From Salpingoeca rosetta (taxonomy: Eukaryota > Protista > Choanoflagellata): a stretch of DNA of 64,000 nt. The DNA lies in contig JAWQFM010000006.1 of the NCBI GenBank assembly GCA_033442325.1, positions 539,153 to 603,152 on the forward strand, read 5' to 3'. A program made the translations under genes and the position numbers. Under the pieces are notes generated by a model, which saw only the letters and a program-made list of their open reading frames with translations, was not told the DNA's origin and did no database searches. How positions within the stretch are numbered: the stretch's first letter is position 1; every line of letters begins with the position of its first letter. Below, piece by piece: positions 11,818 to 24,763 of the stretch.

Positions 11818-13979
11818 ATGAGCGAGGGGCGTGGGTAACAAATGAGCCATGTACGTGTGCTCGCGTGCAAGCGTTAAATGTGTGCGTGTTGCATCGACAA
11901 GGGTGTGTGTGTGTATGTGCATGAAACAACAGCAGTCATGAAACGTCATGCCTACTTCTCATGCCTACTTCTCACCTGGTCACGATGGTCGGCCTCAAGC
12001 TCCTGTTGCCGCGTGCGTGCAAGTAACCGTTGCTGGCGGCGCGACTGAATGGCCTCAGAGCGCTTCCCCTGTTACGCACGCGGTCGTGGTGGTGGCGGCG
12101 TGGTGCAGCATTTCGTAAGGGCAGTGGTGGTAGTGGTGGTAGTGGTGGCAGCGATGAGTGTTGAGCGCTGACCACTGGTGGTGCAGGGGCTGATGCTCGC
12201 ACACGTGTTCGGCTCAAGACATGCTTGCGCACCTCTTGTCTGCGCTGTTTTGCTTCGTCGCGTTCACGTTGGCGCTCCGTGGACCAGGAGACGATATGGG
12301 GCAGCTTTGGCGCCTGGCGGTGATGCACGGAGAGACGCAGAGCAAAGCACAGGTAGACATGGGCAGCGCAAGAGAAGCGAGAGAGCAAAGGGTTAATGAA
12401 TGTCTGCAGTGTGGGTTAAATGAATGCCAGCAGCTTACAACACACGTACACATGCATGCAGTCAGTGGTGTATGAATGACCTGCTCTGAGTTGAGCGTGG
12501 CGGCCTTGAGGCGCTCCAGTCGGCGTTTTTTCTTCTCCTCAATGCGTTTCTCGGCCTCGTGCTGGTGCCCAACCAGCCGGTACGCCTACCGTAATATGCG
12601 GTGTGCGTGCGTGCGTGCGTGGGCGTGTGCGTGTGCGTGTGTGTGTGTGTGCGCGCGCGTGTGTGTGCGTGTGTGTGCGTGTGTGCGTGTGTGTGCGTAT
12701 GTGTGTGTGCGGCGATGGAGGGGGAAACAGGATAGAAGAATGTCGTGGGGAGATGGCGCGGTGTGCGTGAATGGGAGAGCGCATGTGAGAAGAAATGAAT
12801 TCGAGTGTTGGTTAGCTGCTGGATACTGCACAATGAATCATGTGCGATGTGCGTGCGCGACCCCGTGCCAAGTCACGGTTGTGTCGGAGTCGACGAGCAC
12901 GTGAAAAGCTGTCGAACCTTTGCACTCTGGCGCAGATCCTGCACAGTGCCCATGACGAGGCCATCTGAGGAGAGGAGGCCTTGCTCTACCAGGTGGGCAC
13001 GTGCACCAGGGTTCTCCAGGTAATACCGCCGCACATGTCGATCATGCAGGCTGCATCGTGGGCAGGCAGGTGGGGTGAAGGAATGATTGAGAGCGGGAGT
13101 GAGTGAGTGTGCGTGCGAGTGCATGTGTGTGTGTGCGCGTGTGAATGAGTGTGTGTGTGTGTGTTGTGCAGCTGGGTGACAAATTATATCAAGTGTGTTT
13201 GCGCAGCTGAAGGCTGGCATCGACACGAGGGCATGTGATGCACCCATCTGCTGCAAGCGTATCACGCTGCATGTACCTGCTGTATGTTGGGCCGTGGTCC
13301 ATGACGATGGTGCCAGGCTGGCGTACGACTGATGTGACGCGTCCCTTGGTTGCCAACACCTGCTCGCGGAAATAGCAGTGGCAATGAGTTGTAGACGAGG
13401 CATGGCTTTCGCATGGCATGTGTGACAGCAGCAGAACCAGAAACAGACAAAAAAAAGGGGGGGGGGCTGACAGATACAAGGCGTTGGATGGCGCTTGAGC
13501 TCACTTCTTTGCTGAGGTGTGGTCGGTGCAGTACACGCTCAGGCATGTCCTGGCGCCTTGTTCCCCTGCACATGATGCGCGAAACCACAAATCATTACAT
13601 GGGTGGTGAGTACATGAGAGAGGGTGGGGAATGAGCAGGTGGTGAATGAGAGCAGCTACAAACGGTCCTGTTGACTCTTGCTACTGGCGTTTGAGGACTG
13701 CCTTAACAAACGCACATGCACGAGGCAACCACTTACAACGTGGCCGTGCAGTACGTTGGAAACGTGATGTTGGAGTCGCTGCATCAAGAATGAATGCGCA
13801 CAAAAAGCATACTGCGTGAGCGCAGTTCATTGATGTGACCATTGTAGGTACATAAAACGGCAGTGACACTTGATGCAAATGCACAGCACATGCACAACCA
13901 AGCATACAAGTACATTATAACCAAACACACAAACACAGACACACACACACACAGACACACACACACACACAAACACACA

Positions 13980-14023
<44 letters not shown>

Positions 14024-14141
14024 GACACATGCACAACCGAATACGTGCACAACCAAACACACACACACACACACAAGCACTCTCTGCCGTGTTTTCCAGC
14101 TCATACCTTGCGCTCCGCTTTGACATTGTTCGTTCTGCCAT
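4536..14141 (-). CDS. Very large multi-exon Glu/Asp-rich protein: FSIP2/ERICH3-like N-terminal motif, coiled coil, SEA-like modules, acidic low-complexity body
   Basis: Mostly phase-consistent GT-AG exon chain: [11 protein letters not shown] (14141), [43 protein letters not shown]|[42 protein letters not shown]-rich coiled-coil exons (about 10742-12586), a giant exon about 5324-10547, FRRRSS..ASP (about 5052-5129), and a terminal exon [19 protein letters not shown]...CYA* (4536-4706). The exon boundaries around 11975-12313 are ambiguous. Confidence 0.7.
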
Positions 14142-14458
14142 GGCAGCCGTGGGTGGCTGCTGTTGTACTTTGGCGATACGCTTACTGTTGACGATATTGC
14201 CCACTCGCGTCCACACCACCGGCTAATGTCAACCAAAACAAGCAGCAAGCAAGCAGCAAGGGAGGGGCTTGTGTTTGCTCGCTTCTTGTTGTGTTGTGTT
14301 GTGTTGTTGTTTTGCGCCGCGTTTTGCGGAATATTTGCCAACATTTTCCACAAATCGCAAACAGAGCAAACGCCCACAGCGCGAGCAGCGGACACACACG
14401 AACCAGCAGGCAGGCGTCATCAGCACACGGTTGCACTCGCCACCACACGGCAGCAGAG

Positions 14459-16029
14459 ATGGCGACGAAGCGTCGGCTGAAGACGGAACACGCACAATTT
14501 GTACGTTGGTGTGTGGCGTGTTCATGTGTGCGTGTGTATGCGTGTGTGTTTTGGTTGTTTTCTTTTGGCTTTGGACGAGGATGGAAAGGGAGACGCATGG
14601 AGCTTCAACTTCGAGTATGCGCCTCACGCTGTCGTGTCTCCGTTTTTGACAGAAGAAGACACCTCCAGAAGGTGTCACGCTACTCACAGATGACCCTACA
14701 TCCACGCGATGGATCGTTCAAATAGCTGGCGCCCCAAATACGGTGCGTATGTGTATCTGTGTGTGTGCTTGTGTGTGCTTGTGTGTGCATGTGTACCTGT
14801 GTGTGCTTGTGTGTGCTCTCTGCTTGCAATAGTTGGTTGTGCGCTGCTGGTGGTAGTCGTCGTCATCGTCGTCGTCTTCGTCATGTGCAAACATTGTATG
14901 CTGGGGTTCACATCTTTTGCTTGATATCCCACCACTAGGTGTACGCTGGAGAGACGTTTCAGTTGCAGCTCTCATTTTCAGGTGAGAGAGCCCTTCAAAT
15001 GCACATGCCAAATAACGGGTGGAATGTCCCAGGTTGAGCGCGTGGCCACGTTATTACAGAGAAACGTCCATGCTTATCTCTTTCTCACTCTCACATACAC
15101 ATGTACACATATACACACGTGCGCGCCACGTGTGGCTTATGCATAAGCAGATAAGTACCCATTCTCGCCACCCGAAGTCATCTTCCTCGACAACCCACCG
15201 CAACACCCCCACGTGTACAAGAACGGACACATCTGCCTCAGCATCCTCTACCAAGAATGGTGCGCCTGCAGGCTGTGTGTGTGTGTGCGAGTGTGTGCGA
15301 ACATATTTGTGCTCAGCTTTAGTTGTGCGTGTGTGTGTGTGTGTGTGTGTGTGGCTTGTGTGGGTGCGTTACCCACGTCGCCTTACAAGTGTGCATTCCA
15401 GTTGTTGTGCTGCACTCACCACACCTGGCACCGTGCTCCATGTCACTCAGGTCACCAGCGCTGACTGCAAGCTCTGTTTGCGTCAGCATTCTCAGCATGC
15501 TCAGCTCTGTCAGCAAGAAGGTCTGTCTTACCTGCATCGTTGTTCCTCTTTTTCTTACAACCTTCGTCCACCTTCACTTTCTGTCTTTGTGCGCGCCAAT
15601 CCCTGCTCCCATTCGTTTCCGAAGAATTCATTGTTGCATTGCAGCATTGCATGCCCCTGCCGACCACCACTCACTTGTTCGTGTTTCATGTATGTGTATG
15701 TGTGTGTGTGTGCGCGTGTGTATGTGTATGTGTGTGCGCGCGTGTGTATGTGTATGTGTGTGTGTGTGTGTGTGCGTGCGTGTGTGAATAGGAGTGGCCC
15801 ATTGACAATGACTCGTACATGGCTCGCTGGCGCATCTCTCGTCACGGTCCACAGAAGACACTGTGGGACTTCCATGGTGCGTACGTGCGTGTGCGATGTG
15901 CGTGTGTGTGAAAGTAGCTTGGACCTGCAGTGGCTTTTCTCACCATCTCACCACATCATCTTACCACCTCATCTCACCACTGCTACCACCACCTCCACGC
16001 ATCTTCACGTCGCAGACGACACTGTGTAG
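14459..16029 (+). CDS. UBE2W: Ubiquitin-conjugating enzyme E2 W, 7 exons
   Basis: Spliced product MATKRRLKTEHAQF|KKTPPEGVTLL..WIVQIAGAPNT|VYAGETFQLQLSFS|DKYPFSPPEVIF..HPHVYKNGHICLSILYQEW|SPALTASSVCVSILSMLSS..|EWPIDND..KTLWDFH|DDTV*. The HPHVYxNGHICLSIL motif and the W-x-x-HDD C-terminus are UBE2W hallmarks. All introns are GT-AG. Confidence 0.93.
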
Positions 16030-16347
16030 CCTGTGTGTGGGCTAAGTACGGCCTTCAGACGTCTCACTTGGCCCAACTTCCAACAAGAGACATGCACCCC
16101 CCCCCGGATTCTCTGCTTAATTGAACCAACACCAGTCAAGCTCCTCATCACGCTAATGCATCAGTTCCTCTCCTTATTGGCCATCCACAACACCACCAAC
16201 ACTCGGCTGCACACTGCACGTGCACATGTTGTTGTATTTCTCTTCTTGTAATCACGAATGAACATCAAAGCAACGCTGCGCAATGATTCCAACAGCACCG
16301 GGAAACACACACACAAACACACACACACACACACGTATTGTGGGGCT

Positions 16348-19051
16348 TCAATAGAATTTGGTTTCGCGGGCGACAAGTTTAAGAATTTCCTCCTGCGATT
16401 TCCCCCAGTTGTGTGGTGCCTGCAAGCACGCACGAATGCATCAGTGTGGAGATGTGTGTATGTGTGTGTGCGCGTGTGACATGGGACACGAAGAAGCAAA
16501 GAAGGCAAGCAAAACGCACACCCATACAGCATAGTAACGCCCCAAACCCCCACCCCCTCAACACACACACACACACCAAGACAAGTACCCCCCCCCCTCC
16601 ACAACGCACGTCACGTCACGTCACGTTCATCAGCAGCAGCAGCAGCAGCAGCGCACCTTTGCGACGCGTTGCCAGATGGGCCCGTGTCGTGGCTCCGCAG
16701 CAATGCAGTGCTTCAACACGTCCTCCTGCTTGCTCGCGTCCCCGTGCAGCTGCTCAAACTTGTAGTACGCCGCCCACGCGTCGCCGTAGTCCGGGTCGAG
16801 CTTGACGGTGCGGTTGAACCAGCGGCGCGCCTTTGTGATGCGGCGGTCGGACAGCAGCAGCTTGGCAACCGCAAGCAGCACACGTGCATCGTTCTCGCAG
16901 CGCTTCAGGGCGTCGAGGGATTTGGTTTTGCGCTGGGGGCGTGGCTCCATGAAGATGGCCTCGCTCCACAGCAGCCCGGAGTTGGGGCAGTCCTGCACAC
17001 CGGGTAACGACGTGGCGGGGGGGGGAGGTGTTGAAGGAGAACGGCGTGTGTATGTGTGTGGATACGCGTGTGTGTATGTGTTTTGGAACATAGCAACAAC
17101 CGTGAGTGCAGTGAAAGACGGGCCGTTGCGCCAACACGAATGAATGAACGACTTTTTCGCTTACGATCACAACGGCAGACAGTAGGGCAATAGAAACCAG
17201 AGCCAGCGCAACACATCACACACATGCCACCAATCACCGCCACTGCCACTGCCACAATCACAATCACAATCACAATCACAATCACAATCACAATCACAAT
17301 CACCTCAAATCACCACCACCCACTGACCTGGAGCGCCTTTGCCATGATGGCGGTGGCCACCTCGGGCTGTCCCAGCTGCCGCTCAATGTCCACGGACTCC
17401 AGCCACAGCTCGGGGCAGTGCGGATTCTTCAGGCGCCCGCGCTCAAGGATGGCACGCGCACGCGTCGCTTGGCCTGCGGCGAAAGAGAGACGAAAGGTTG
17501 CGGGGAGGTGGTGTCAAAATGTAGGTTGATGCGTGGAAGGTCGATGACACACAACGCACAGTGAAGGTCCAATGTGGGCACACGAACAAACAAACAAACA
17601 AACAAACAAGCACACAAACAAGCACACAAACAAGCACACAAACAAGCACACAAACAAACAAACAAACAAACAAACAAACACACGTATCAGCGCACCTGCT
17701 GCGAGCTCGAGCCTTGCCGAGAGGATCCACAGCGGGATGGAGTCGGGGCAGTTCTTCACGCCCTGCGCATAAAACTGTCGTGCGTCCTCCACCTTGTCCT
17801 GCTGCTCGCTAATCTGCCCGCGCATCATCCACAGCTTGGGCGCCGTCGGATGCAGCTTCACCGCATCCGCCAGCATCTCGCTCGCCGCGTCAAGGTTGCC
17901 CAGCACCCATTCCAGCCGCGCAGACTTCATCCACACGCGTGCAGTGCCGGCCTCACGTCGCGCTCGCTCCAGCAGCCCGCGCGCACGCTGGTGCTCGTTG
18001 TTCTCAGACTCAAGCTTGACGGCAGCCAGCCAGATGTCCTCGTTGTTCGGGATGGCCGTGAACGCGTGCAGCAGGATGTTGCGGGCAGCGGGCACGTTGC
18101 CTCCGAGCCACGCAGACTTGGCGCCCATCAGCCACAGCGTCTCCGCCTGTGGGCAGTACTTGACGGCCTTGCGAAGGTGCTCGTCCAGACTCTCGCGTGT
18201 GCCGTGCTCCTTTTCAAAGAATGCAACCTGCTCCCACAGGTCCTCGTTGGCAGGGAACGCCGTCAGGCAGTGCGCATACACGGCGCGCGCCGCGTTGTAT
18301 GCCTCGTCCTTGACAAACGACTCTGCATCCTCCAGCCACGTCTCCAGCCTGTCTTCGTCCTCAACGCCGATGTTGATGACCTCACGCACAATCGCCTGGC
18401 ACGTCTGCACATGCCCGCTCTTGTCGCACGCCTTCGCATCCGCCAGCCACAAGTCCCTGGCGGGCGGTGGTGGTGGTGGTGATGGTGGTTGTGGAATGGC
18501 GCGGGAGGCGAGGAGGTGACGTGAGACAGCAATTACGCATAAGAACGGAGAGTATATAACAGTGTGATTTCGTAAACATGCACAAGGGGGTGGAAGACAC
18601 CTATTCCTCTCGCACAAGCACAGACACAGACACACACACACAGACACACACAGACACAGACACACATGCACACACACACACACGCAATAAACAACACGGG
18701 TGCGCGCACCTGTTGATTTCGACCATGTTACCCTGGAGGGACTTGATACCGAGGCTGATGAGCCGCCCCACGTTTGCCTCGTTGCCCGCCGTCTCCTCAA
18801 GCTTGGCGGCGGCAATCCAGATGGCGCGCTCCGTGGGAATGGCCTTACGCGCGCGGTTGAGCACCTTACGCGCGTTGTCGTATGTCTCGAGGTGGGCGAG
18901 GGCGAGCCACAGGTCCACGCTCTGCGGGCAGCACTCGACCGCGCGGCCAAGGAGGATGCACGCGTCGGACGGCGACTCAAGGTCGACCGCAGCCTTCCAC
19001 AGCTTCACAGAGTCGGGGATCGTGTCAAGCCCTGCACGTGGAGATGGGTAA

Positions 19052-19121
<70 letters not shown>

Positions 19122-19498
19122 TATGGTAGGTGAAGTGGAAGGGGGTTGATATGAGGCAAGCCAAACACACACACACATACACACACATACACACACACAC
19201 ATTTCCGCACCTTTTCTGAGCACGCGGCGCTTCGCCTTGACGTCCGACTCGAGGTCCGCAGCCTTGATCCACAGCTTGACGGAGGATGGCACGGCAGCCA
19301 CGGCCTGCGCCACCACGGCCTTGGCCTGCTCTGGCGGCTGCAGGCGGATGGCTTCCAGCCAGATGTCCTCGTTCTTCGGGCACTTCTCTGTTGCCTTGAT
19401 GATCAGGTTGCGCGCCGTCTGGATGCGCCCGACCTCCTCCTCCAATCGCGCTGACGCAATCCACGCAGGGCCTGGCGTGTTTGTGTTTGGGTGTTCGT

Positions 19499-19543
<45 letters not shown>

Positions 19544-19546
19544 CGT

Positions 19547-19585
<39 letters not shown>

Positions 19586-19919
19586 CGTGTGTGCGTGCGC
19601 ATGTGTGTGTATGGTGTGATGAGGGATGAGAGTGGCGCAGTGAGTGAAAGTTGCAATGGACGTAACTGCGCAGACGTATGCTCGTTGAAACAGGGATGCA
19701 CGAGCTGACGTAACTTCAAGCAGGCATGAATGGCACACGCACCGTGCTTCGGGTTTGTCTTTCGCACGGCCGCCAGCAGCATTCGCCCTTTCTTCACATC
19801 ACTGCAGCGCCAAACCCAAAGGAAACAGCGATGAACCTGTGAGGGGCGGTGCAATTGGACATACACGCAACCACGACAGAGGCAAGGGAAAACAGAAAAG
19901 GTTTCGACACCCCTCTCCC

Positions 19920-19992
<73 letters not shown>

Positions 19993-20268
19993 CACCAACC
20001 AACCCATCAAGCAAACAACGCGACGCACCCAATGTCGCCGCTGAAGGACGGGGTGAGGGAGTTGAGGTCGGTGAGGTATCCCTTTGGGTCGACGACCGTC
20101 TGGCCAGACACGGAGTCGGACGCCTGGTCCAGGTTCATGCGCATCAGGGTGCCACGCGCAGCACCGACCTCCATCATATCCACATCGCCTGCACAACATA
20201 GGATATGGGGTCATGGTGACAACAGTCCGGATGAGCACACTGATGCTGTGTGTGTGCGTGTGTGTGCG

Positions 20269-20309
<41 letters not shown>

Positions 20310-21958
20310 GTGTGTGTGTGTTGCGTGTTGCGTGTGTTGTGCGTGTGCGCAACTCATGGACGCCATCATCACTAACTCGAGCGAGGACCCTAACATCATC
20401 GCTCAAGCACAGTTCAAACACCGTTTCCTTCCTCATCCCCAACCCACCCCAACCCACCCCTCAACACCACCGCGACCACGAGCACTGCACCTGGCTTGAG
20501 GGTCTGTGTTCCCGGCAGCGGCGTCTGCAGACCACCATATTTCTGCTGCCGCACATCCAGTGAGCTGTGCTGCCCTGCCCCGCCCTGGTGGTCGTGTGTG
20601 TGTGTGTGTGTGATGAAGGGGGGAGCGATGTGTGAGCTGGTGCACATGCTGAGGGGCAGACAAAGGCGTGTAATGCCAGGCAGGCAGACAAGCAGACAAG
20701 CGAGCAAGAAAATCAACCCACACAAGCATACAAGAAATGCAAACAAACGAAACGTACGCCAGCGACGAGGGAGTCTGGGACGGGTGTGAACCGCTCCTGT
20801 GTCTGTCGCTTTGCCCGCTTCAGCTTCTTGCCAATATCGGCCGCATCCGGAATCTTGTCCCACTCCTCCTCAGAGACTGACGAAAGATCGCGCTGCAGAT
20901 CGGCAAGGAGAGAGATTTGTGTGCATGCAACGGGTTGTTGGTGTTGTGTGAAACGTTGGCGAGGGCATCAAGTTGTGGCAGTCATGATGGTGACAAGCTG
21001 TTGTGGTCTACGGGGGCAAGAGGCACAGTCTACCGTCGACGTGCACCACACGCTACGTACCCGAGCACGCACACTTGCGTGCCACACACCTTGAGGTCGG
21101 AGAACTGCTGCTGGATCTTTGGGCGCTCCTGGCGGTATTTCAAGAGCTCCTCGCGTTCGCGCTGCTCGCGGTGCTGTCGCCTGCGCTCGTCCTGGCGCTT
21201 GTCAACGGCGTCGTAGATCAGGTCTGCCTCGCGGTCCTCGCTGTCGTAGCTGCCCTTGCTGAACAAGCTGCCACCGTACCCGCTGAACTCGTCGTAGTTG
21301 GACTCGTTCAGGTTTTCCTCCTTTGCCTCGCCACCCCTGTCGGCGCAATGAGAGGCAAGTCAAGCGCACATAGGCACAAGTAGGCGTTCGTGTGAGTTGC
21401 AGCAGCGGCGCACGCAGTATTGGCACACGGGCAGGGTCGGGCTGGAAGAAACACAAAACAAGGCAGTGTTGAAGACCAATGTTCCAACATCAGCAATGAC
21501 ACGCGAGTGGCATAACCACGTACCGTTCTGTGGAGCGGGCTGGGCCGATATCTGAACGGGTTGTGAAACCTTGCGCACTGCAGGCAGAGCACGATGCAGT
21601 GTTGAATTGGAGCCAGTGAGGTACAACAGCACGTCAGCAGCAACGCGGGTGAAGAATACAACTCAACCACAGTTTGCATCCCTGCGCACAAATTACGCAC
21701 GTGCTCGCACACATACACACGTAGACACACACGTATACACATGCACACACACATGCACACACGCACACGCAGGCCCACACATGCACATGCACACGCGCAC
21801 ACATGCACACATGCACACACGCGCACACATGCACATACGCGCACACACGACAAGCACAAACGCACACACTCTTCGACGTACCCGCGTCCAGAGCCACCGA
21901 CGTAGCCTGGAGGGCCTTCTTCATGCAAGAAGAAGTACTTGTCCTTGGACTCGCTCAT
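16348..21958 (-). CDS. PRPF6: Pre-mRNA processing factor 6 (U5-102K), multi-exon HAT/TPR protein
   Basis: N-terminal [11 protein letters not shown]|[14 protein letters not shown]; also [51 protein letters not shown] and many HAT repeats. C-terminal [29 protein letters not shown] and a last exon [23 protein letters not shown]. Confidence 0.96.
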
Positions 21959-22135
21959 GCTGCCGACGTTGTCCCCCAACTTGGTCTCTCCGTTGCTGGA
22001 CTTGTCTCTCTGTTCCACAAAGATGCTGCTGTTGCGGTGTCTGTTCTGTCTCCTGTTCCCTGCGCTCACACGTCACACAGCGGCAGTCACAGTCACGGCA
22101 AACGCTCGCACCAACTGACCACGACAGGAAGAAAA

Positions 22136-22786
22136 ATGGCTGAAGTTATGGCGATTCTTCACAACTTCAAGGCAAATTGATTGAGGAGGCGTTGGTTGGG
22201 TGTTGTTGTCCTCTGAAGAAGCACCCACAACAACAACAACCAGTTCTTGCTTGTCTTTCTTGTTCTTCATCAGGTCTTCCCTCCCGCTCCCTCTTTCCCT
22301 CTCTCTGTTTGCTGGATTGCCGGCACGGTGCTGGCTATGTGGAGGAGAGGCAAGCGCCGGGATCCAGCTGGCCCATGTCATATCAATTGGTGCGACAACC
22401 CGCTGTTGTCTGAAGAGGATGAGAGTGAAGATGGCGAAACTGTCAAGCAAAGTGATTGCGACGCGCGCATGCGTCCTGCAGAGGAAGGCAAGGCAACAGT
22501 GGAACGGTTCAACGACCCGCAGCAGCATGCCGCAGTAGAGCAGGCAAAGGGTGATGCTGTTGTGAACATGGGTTGCCGGCCACTCCCACTGCCTCCTGGC
22601 GTCAGCGCCAGCATGAGTGGGGAGGTTGCGATGCCATCATCGCCGACCGCTTCCTCCTTCTCCTCTGCACCACACGTTTGCACTGCCAGAGCAGATGTAC
22701 CTTCCGCCCCACAACGCCCAGATCAATCGCACACGTCACAACCCTGGTTTCACGGCACACTATCCCGCCAGGTGACCGTCCCGCGT

Positions 22787-22871
<85 letters not shown>

Positions 22872-23399
22872 CGTGTGTGTGTGCGTGCGCGAGCNNNNNN
22901 NNNNNNNNNNNNNNNNNNNNNNNNNNNNNNNNNNNNNNNNNNNNNNNNNNNNNNNNNNNNNNNNNNNNNNNNNNNNNNNNNNNNNNNNNNNNNNAAAAAA
23001 AAAAAAATGAACAGAAAAAGCAGTAAATACACGAGATAGAAGGCTGGAGATTGTAGCGGAGATAAAAGAGCGCGTAGAAAATACGTAGTTGAGCAAAAAT
23101 CACATACAGGGGGAGAGTAAACAAATTGAATAATAAGGCTAGCTGTGGGTTTCTGTTCCCGAATTTTAATGTTGTGGGGAAACGTTTAACAGGAGGCTTT
23201 GGACATTTTTGCCAGGGGCAATGGCATGGCAGACGAGGGTGTTCCTATAAAAAGATTAAAATAGCCGATGAGACACCACTTTATATTATCAAACTATAAA
23301 AAGACCGCGAAAATGTGGAGTATGTGTGTGAGAGTGTGTGTCCAAGTCTCTCTCTCTATCTCCTCCCTCCCTCTATCTCTCTCTCTCTGTCAGTCTGTC

Positions 23400-23468
<69 letters not shown>

Positions 23469-23747
23469 TCTCCCTCTTTCTGTCTGTCTGCCTCTCTGTC
23501 TGTCTGTCCGTCACCCTCCGTCTCCCTATCCCTTTCCACAATGAAACCTCACCCCAGCTGCCACATATGCTTTCGCCATCAGGTGTACCACAACTCGATT
23601 GGTGTGCTTGAGGACGGCCAGTATTGCTACGTGGGCCCCAATCGCGTCTTCCGCACCATCTCGGAGCTCGTGGCGTTTTACACCGCCATCACCAACGCCC
23701 CGCACCTCAAGCTGACAAAGGCAGCCCCAGTTACACAGCACCCTTGA
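22136..23747 (+). CDS. Small SH2-domain protein; the central SH2 exon is probably lost in the assembly gap; start uncertain (22136 or 22337)
   Basis: One exon ends QPWFHGTLSRQ (donor at 22772), the typical SH2 start. The last exon, 23583-23747, reads VYHNSIGVLEDGQYCYVGPNRVFRTISELVAFY, an SH2 C-terminal half (F-x-T-I-x-E-L-V-x-F-Y). The FLVR segment is not visible and a 100-N gap lies between the two exons. Confidence 0.75.
22895..22994. other. Assembly gap (100 N)
   Basis: Run of n. Confidence 0.99.
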
Positions 23748-24377
23748 CACTGCGCGTGCGAATGGGTGTTTACTTCGACATGCTCTTCCTTCTGCCTGTG
23801 TTTCTGTTTTTTTTTTTTTTTTTTGGTCCGATGGCCTCTCGCGCATACTGGCACACACACACACACAGATACACACAGATACACACACACACACTCGCTC
23901 TACATCACCCTTGAATCGTAACAGCTGGCCTGTTCTAGATTCCTCTTGCTGCGATGCATGCCTGACACATGGCGTATGTTTATTTCTTTGCTCGCTTGCT
24001 TGCCCTGTTCTTGCCTCCTCCTTCCTTCCTTCCCTTCCCTGCGTGCTTCTGTCTTTACGCGTGTGCATTGACTGCTGCTTCATCTGCAGCCAGGCATGCA
24101 CCAGCGAAGCCCCTGGCCTGTAAACAACATGTCTTTGTTCATCGTTTCATTGGTCCATACGCGCGCGAGCACGCATGCAAGCATGGGGGAAAGACAGCAC
24201 GGCAAAGAGCAAACAAGTTGAGACCAGCACGGCAAATCAAATCAATAATCCAATCCACCAGCCTACCGGCATTCAAACAAAGCAGGCACAAACACACAGC
24301 CCGACCAAACGCACACAGACACATGCGCACGTTGACTACAGTGGTGGCTGCACGACTGCAAGCAAAGCAGCGGCAGC

Positions 24378-24437
24378 CAACACAGTTTCGATACAAGGGG
24401 CAGCAACACAGTTTCGATACAAGGGGCAGCAACACAG
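24378..24437. repeat. 26-bp direct tandem repeat (caacacagtttcgatacaaggggcag x2 plus a partial copy)
   Basis: Seen directly in the region between the convergent SH2 and SVOP-A genes. Confidence 0.85.
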
Positions 24438-24763
24438 GAGAGAAGGAGTGGCCAAAGGCAAGAGGCAAAAGATGTGGAGAGAAGCTACAGCTACAAGACA
24501 AACGCCAGACATGTCAGGATGTGGCATGAAAAAGCCGCGAAGCACACGAAACAGGCAAGCAAGCAGAGCACACGGTTGTCTACACAGCCCTTTCTGTGCA
24601 TTTGTTAAGGACAATCAACGAGTACAGCAATGGTCACACGGCCAAGCCAATGCACCACACACACAGACACGCACACACACACACGCCGCGCATACACACA
24701 CGCATACACACACACACACACACACGCACACACACAGACATCGTCGTCAGTGCGAGATTGCGT

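Noticed and set aside
22995-23330. AT/purine-rich stretch of alien composition, a possible foreign insertion
   Set aside because: It abuts an N gap, starts with poly-A and decays into degenerate repeats; most likely low-quality contig-end sequence.
24378-24437. 26-bp direct repeats as a CRISPR-like array
   Set aside because: No spacers, only about two copies, eukaryotic context; a simple tandem duplication.
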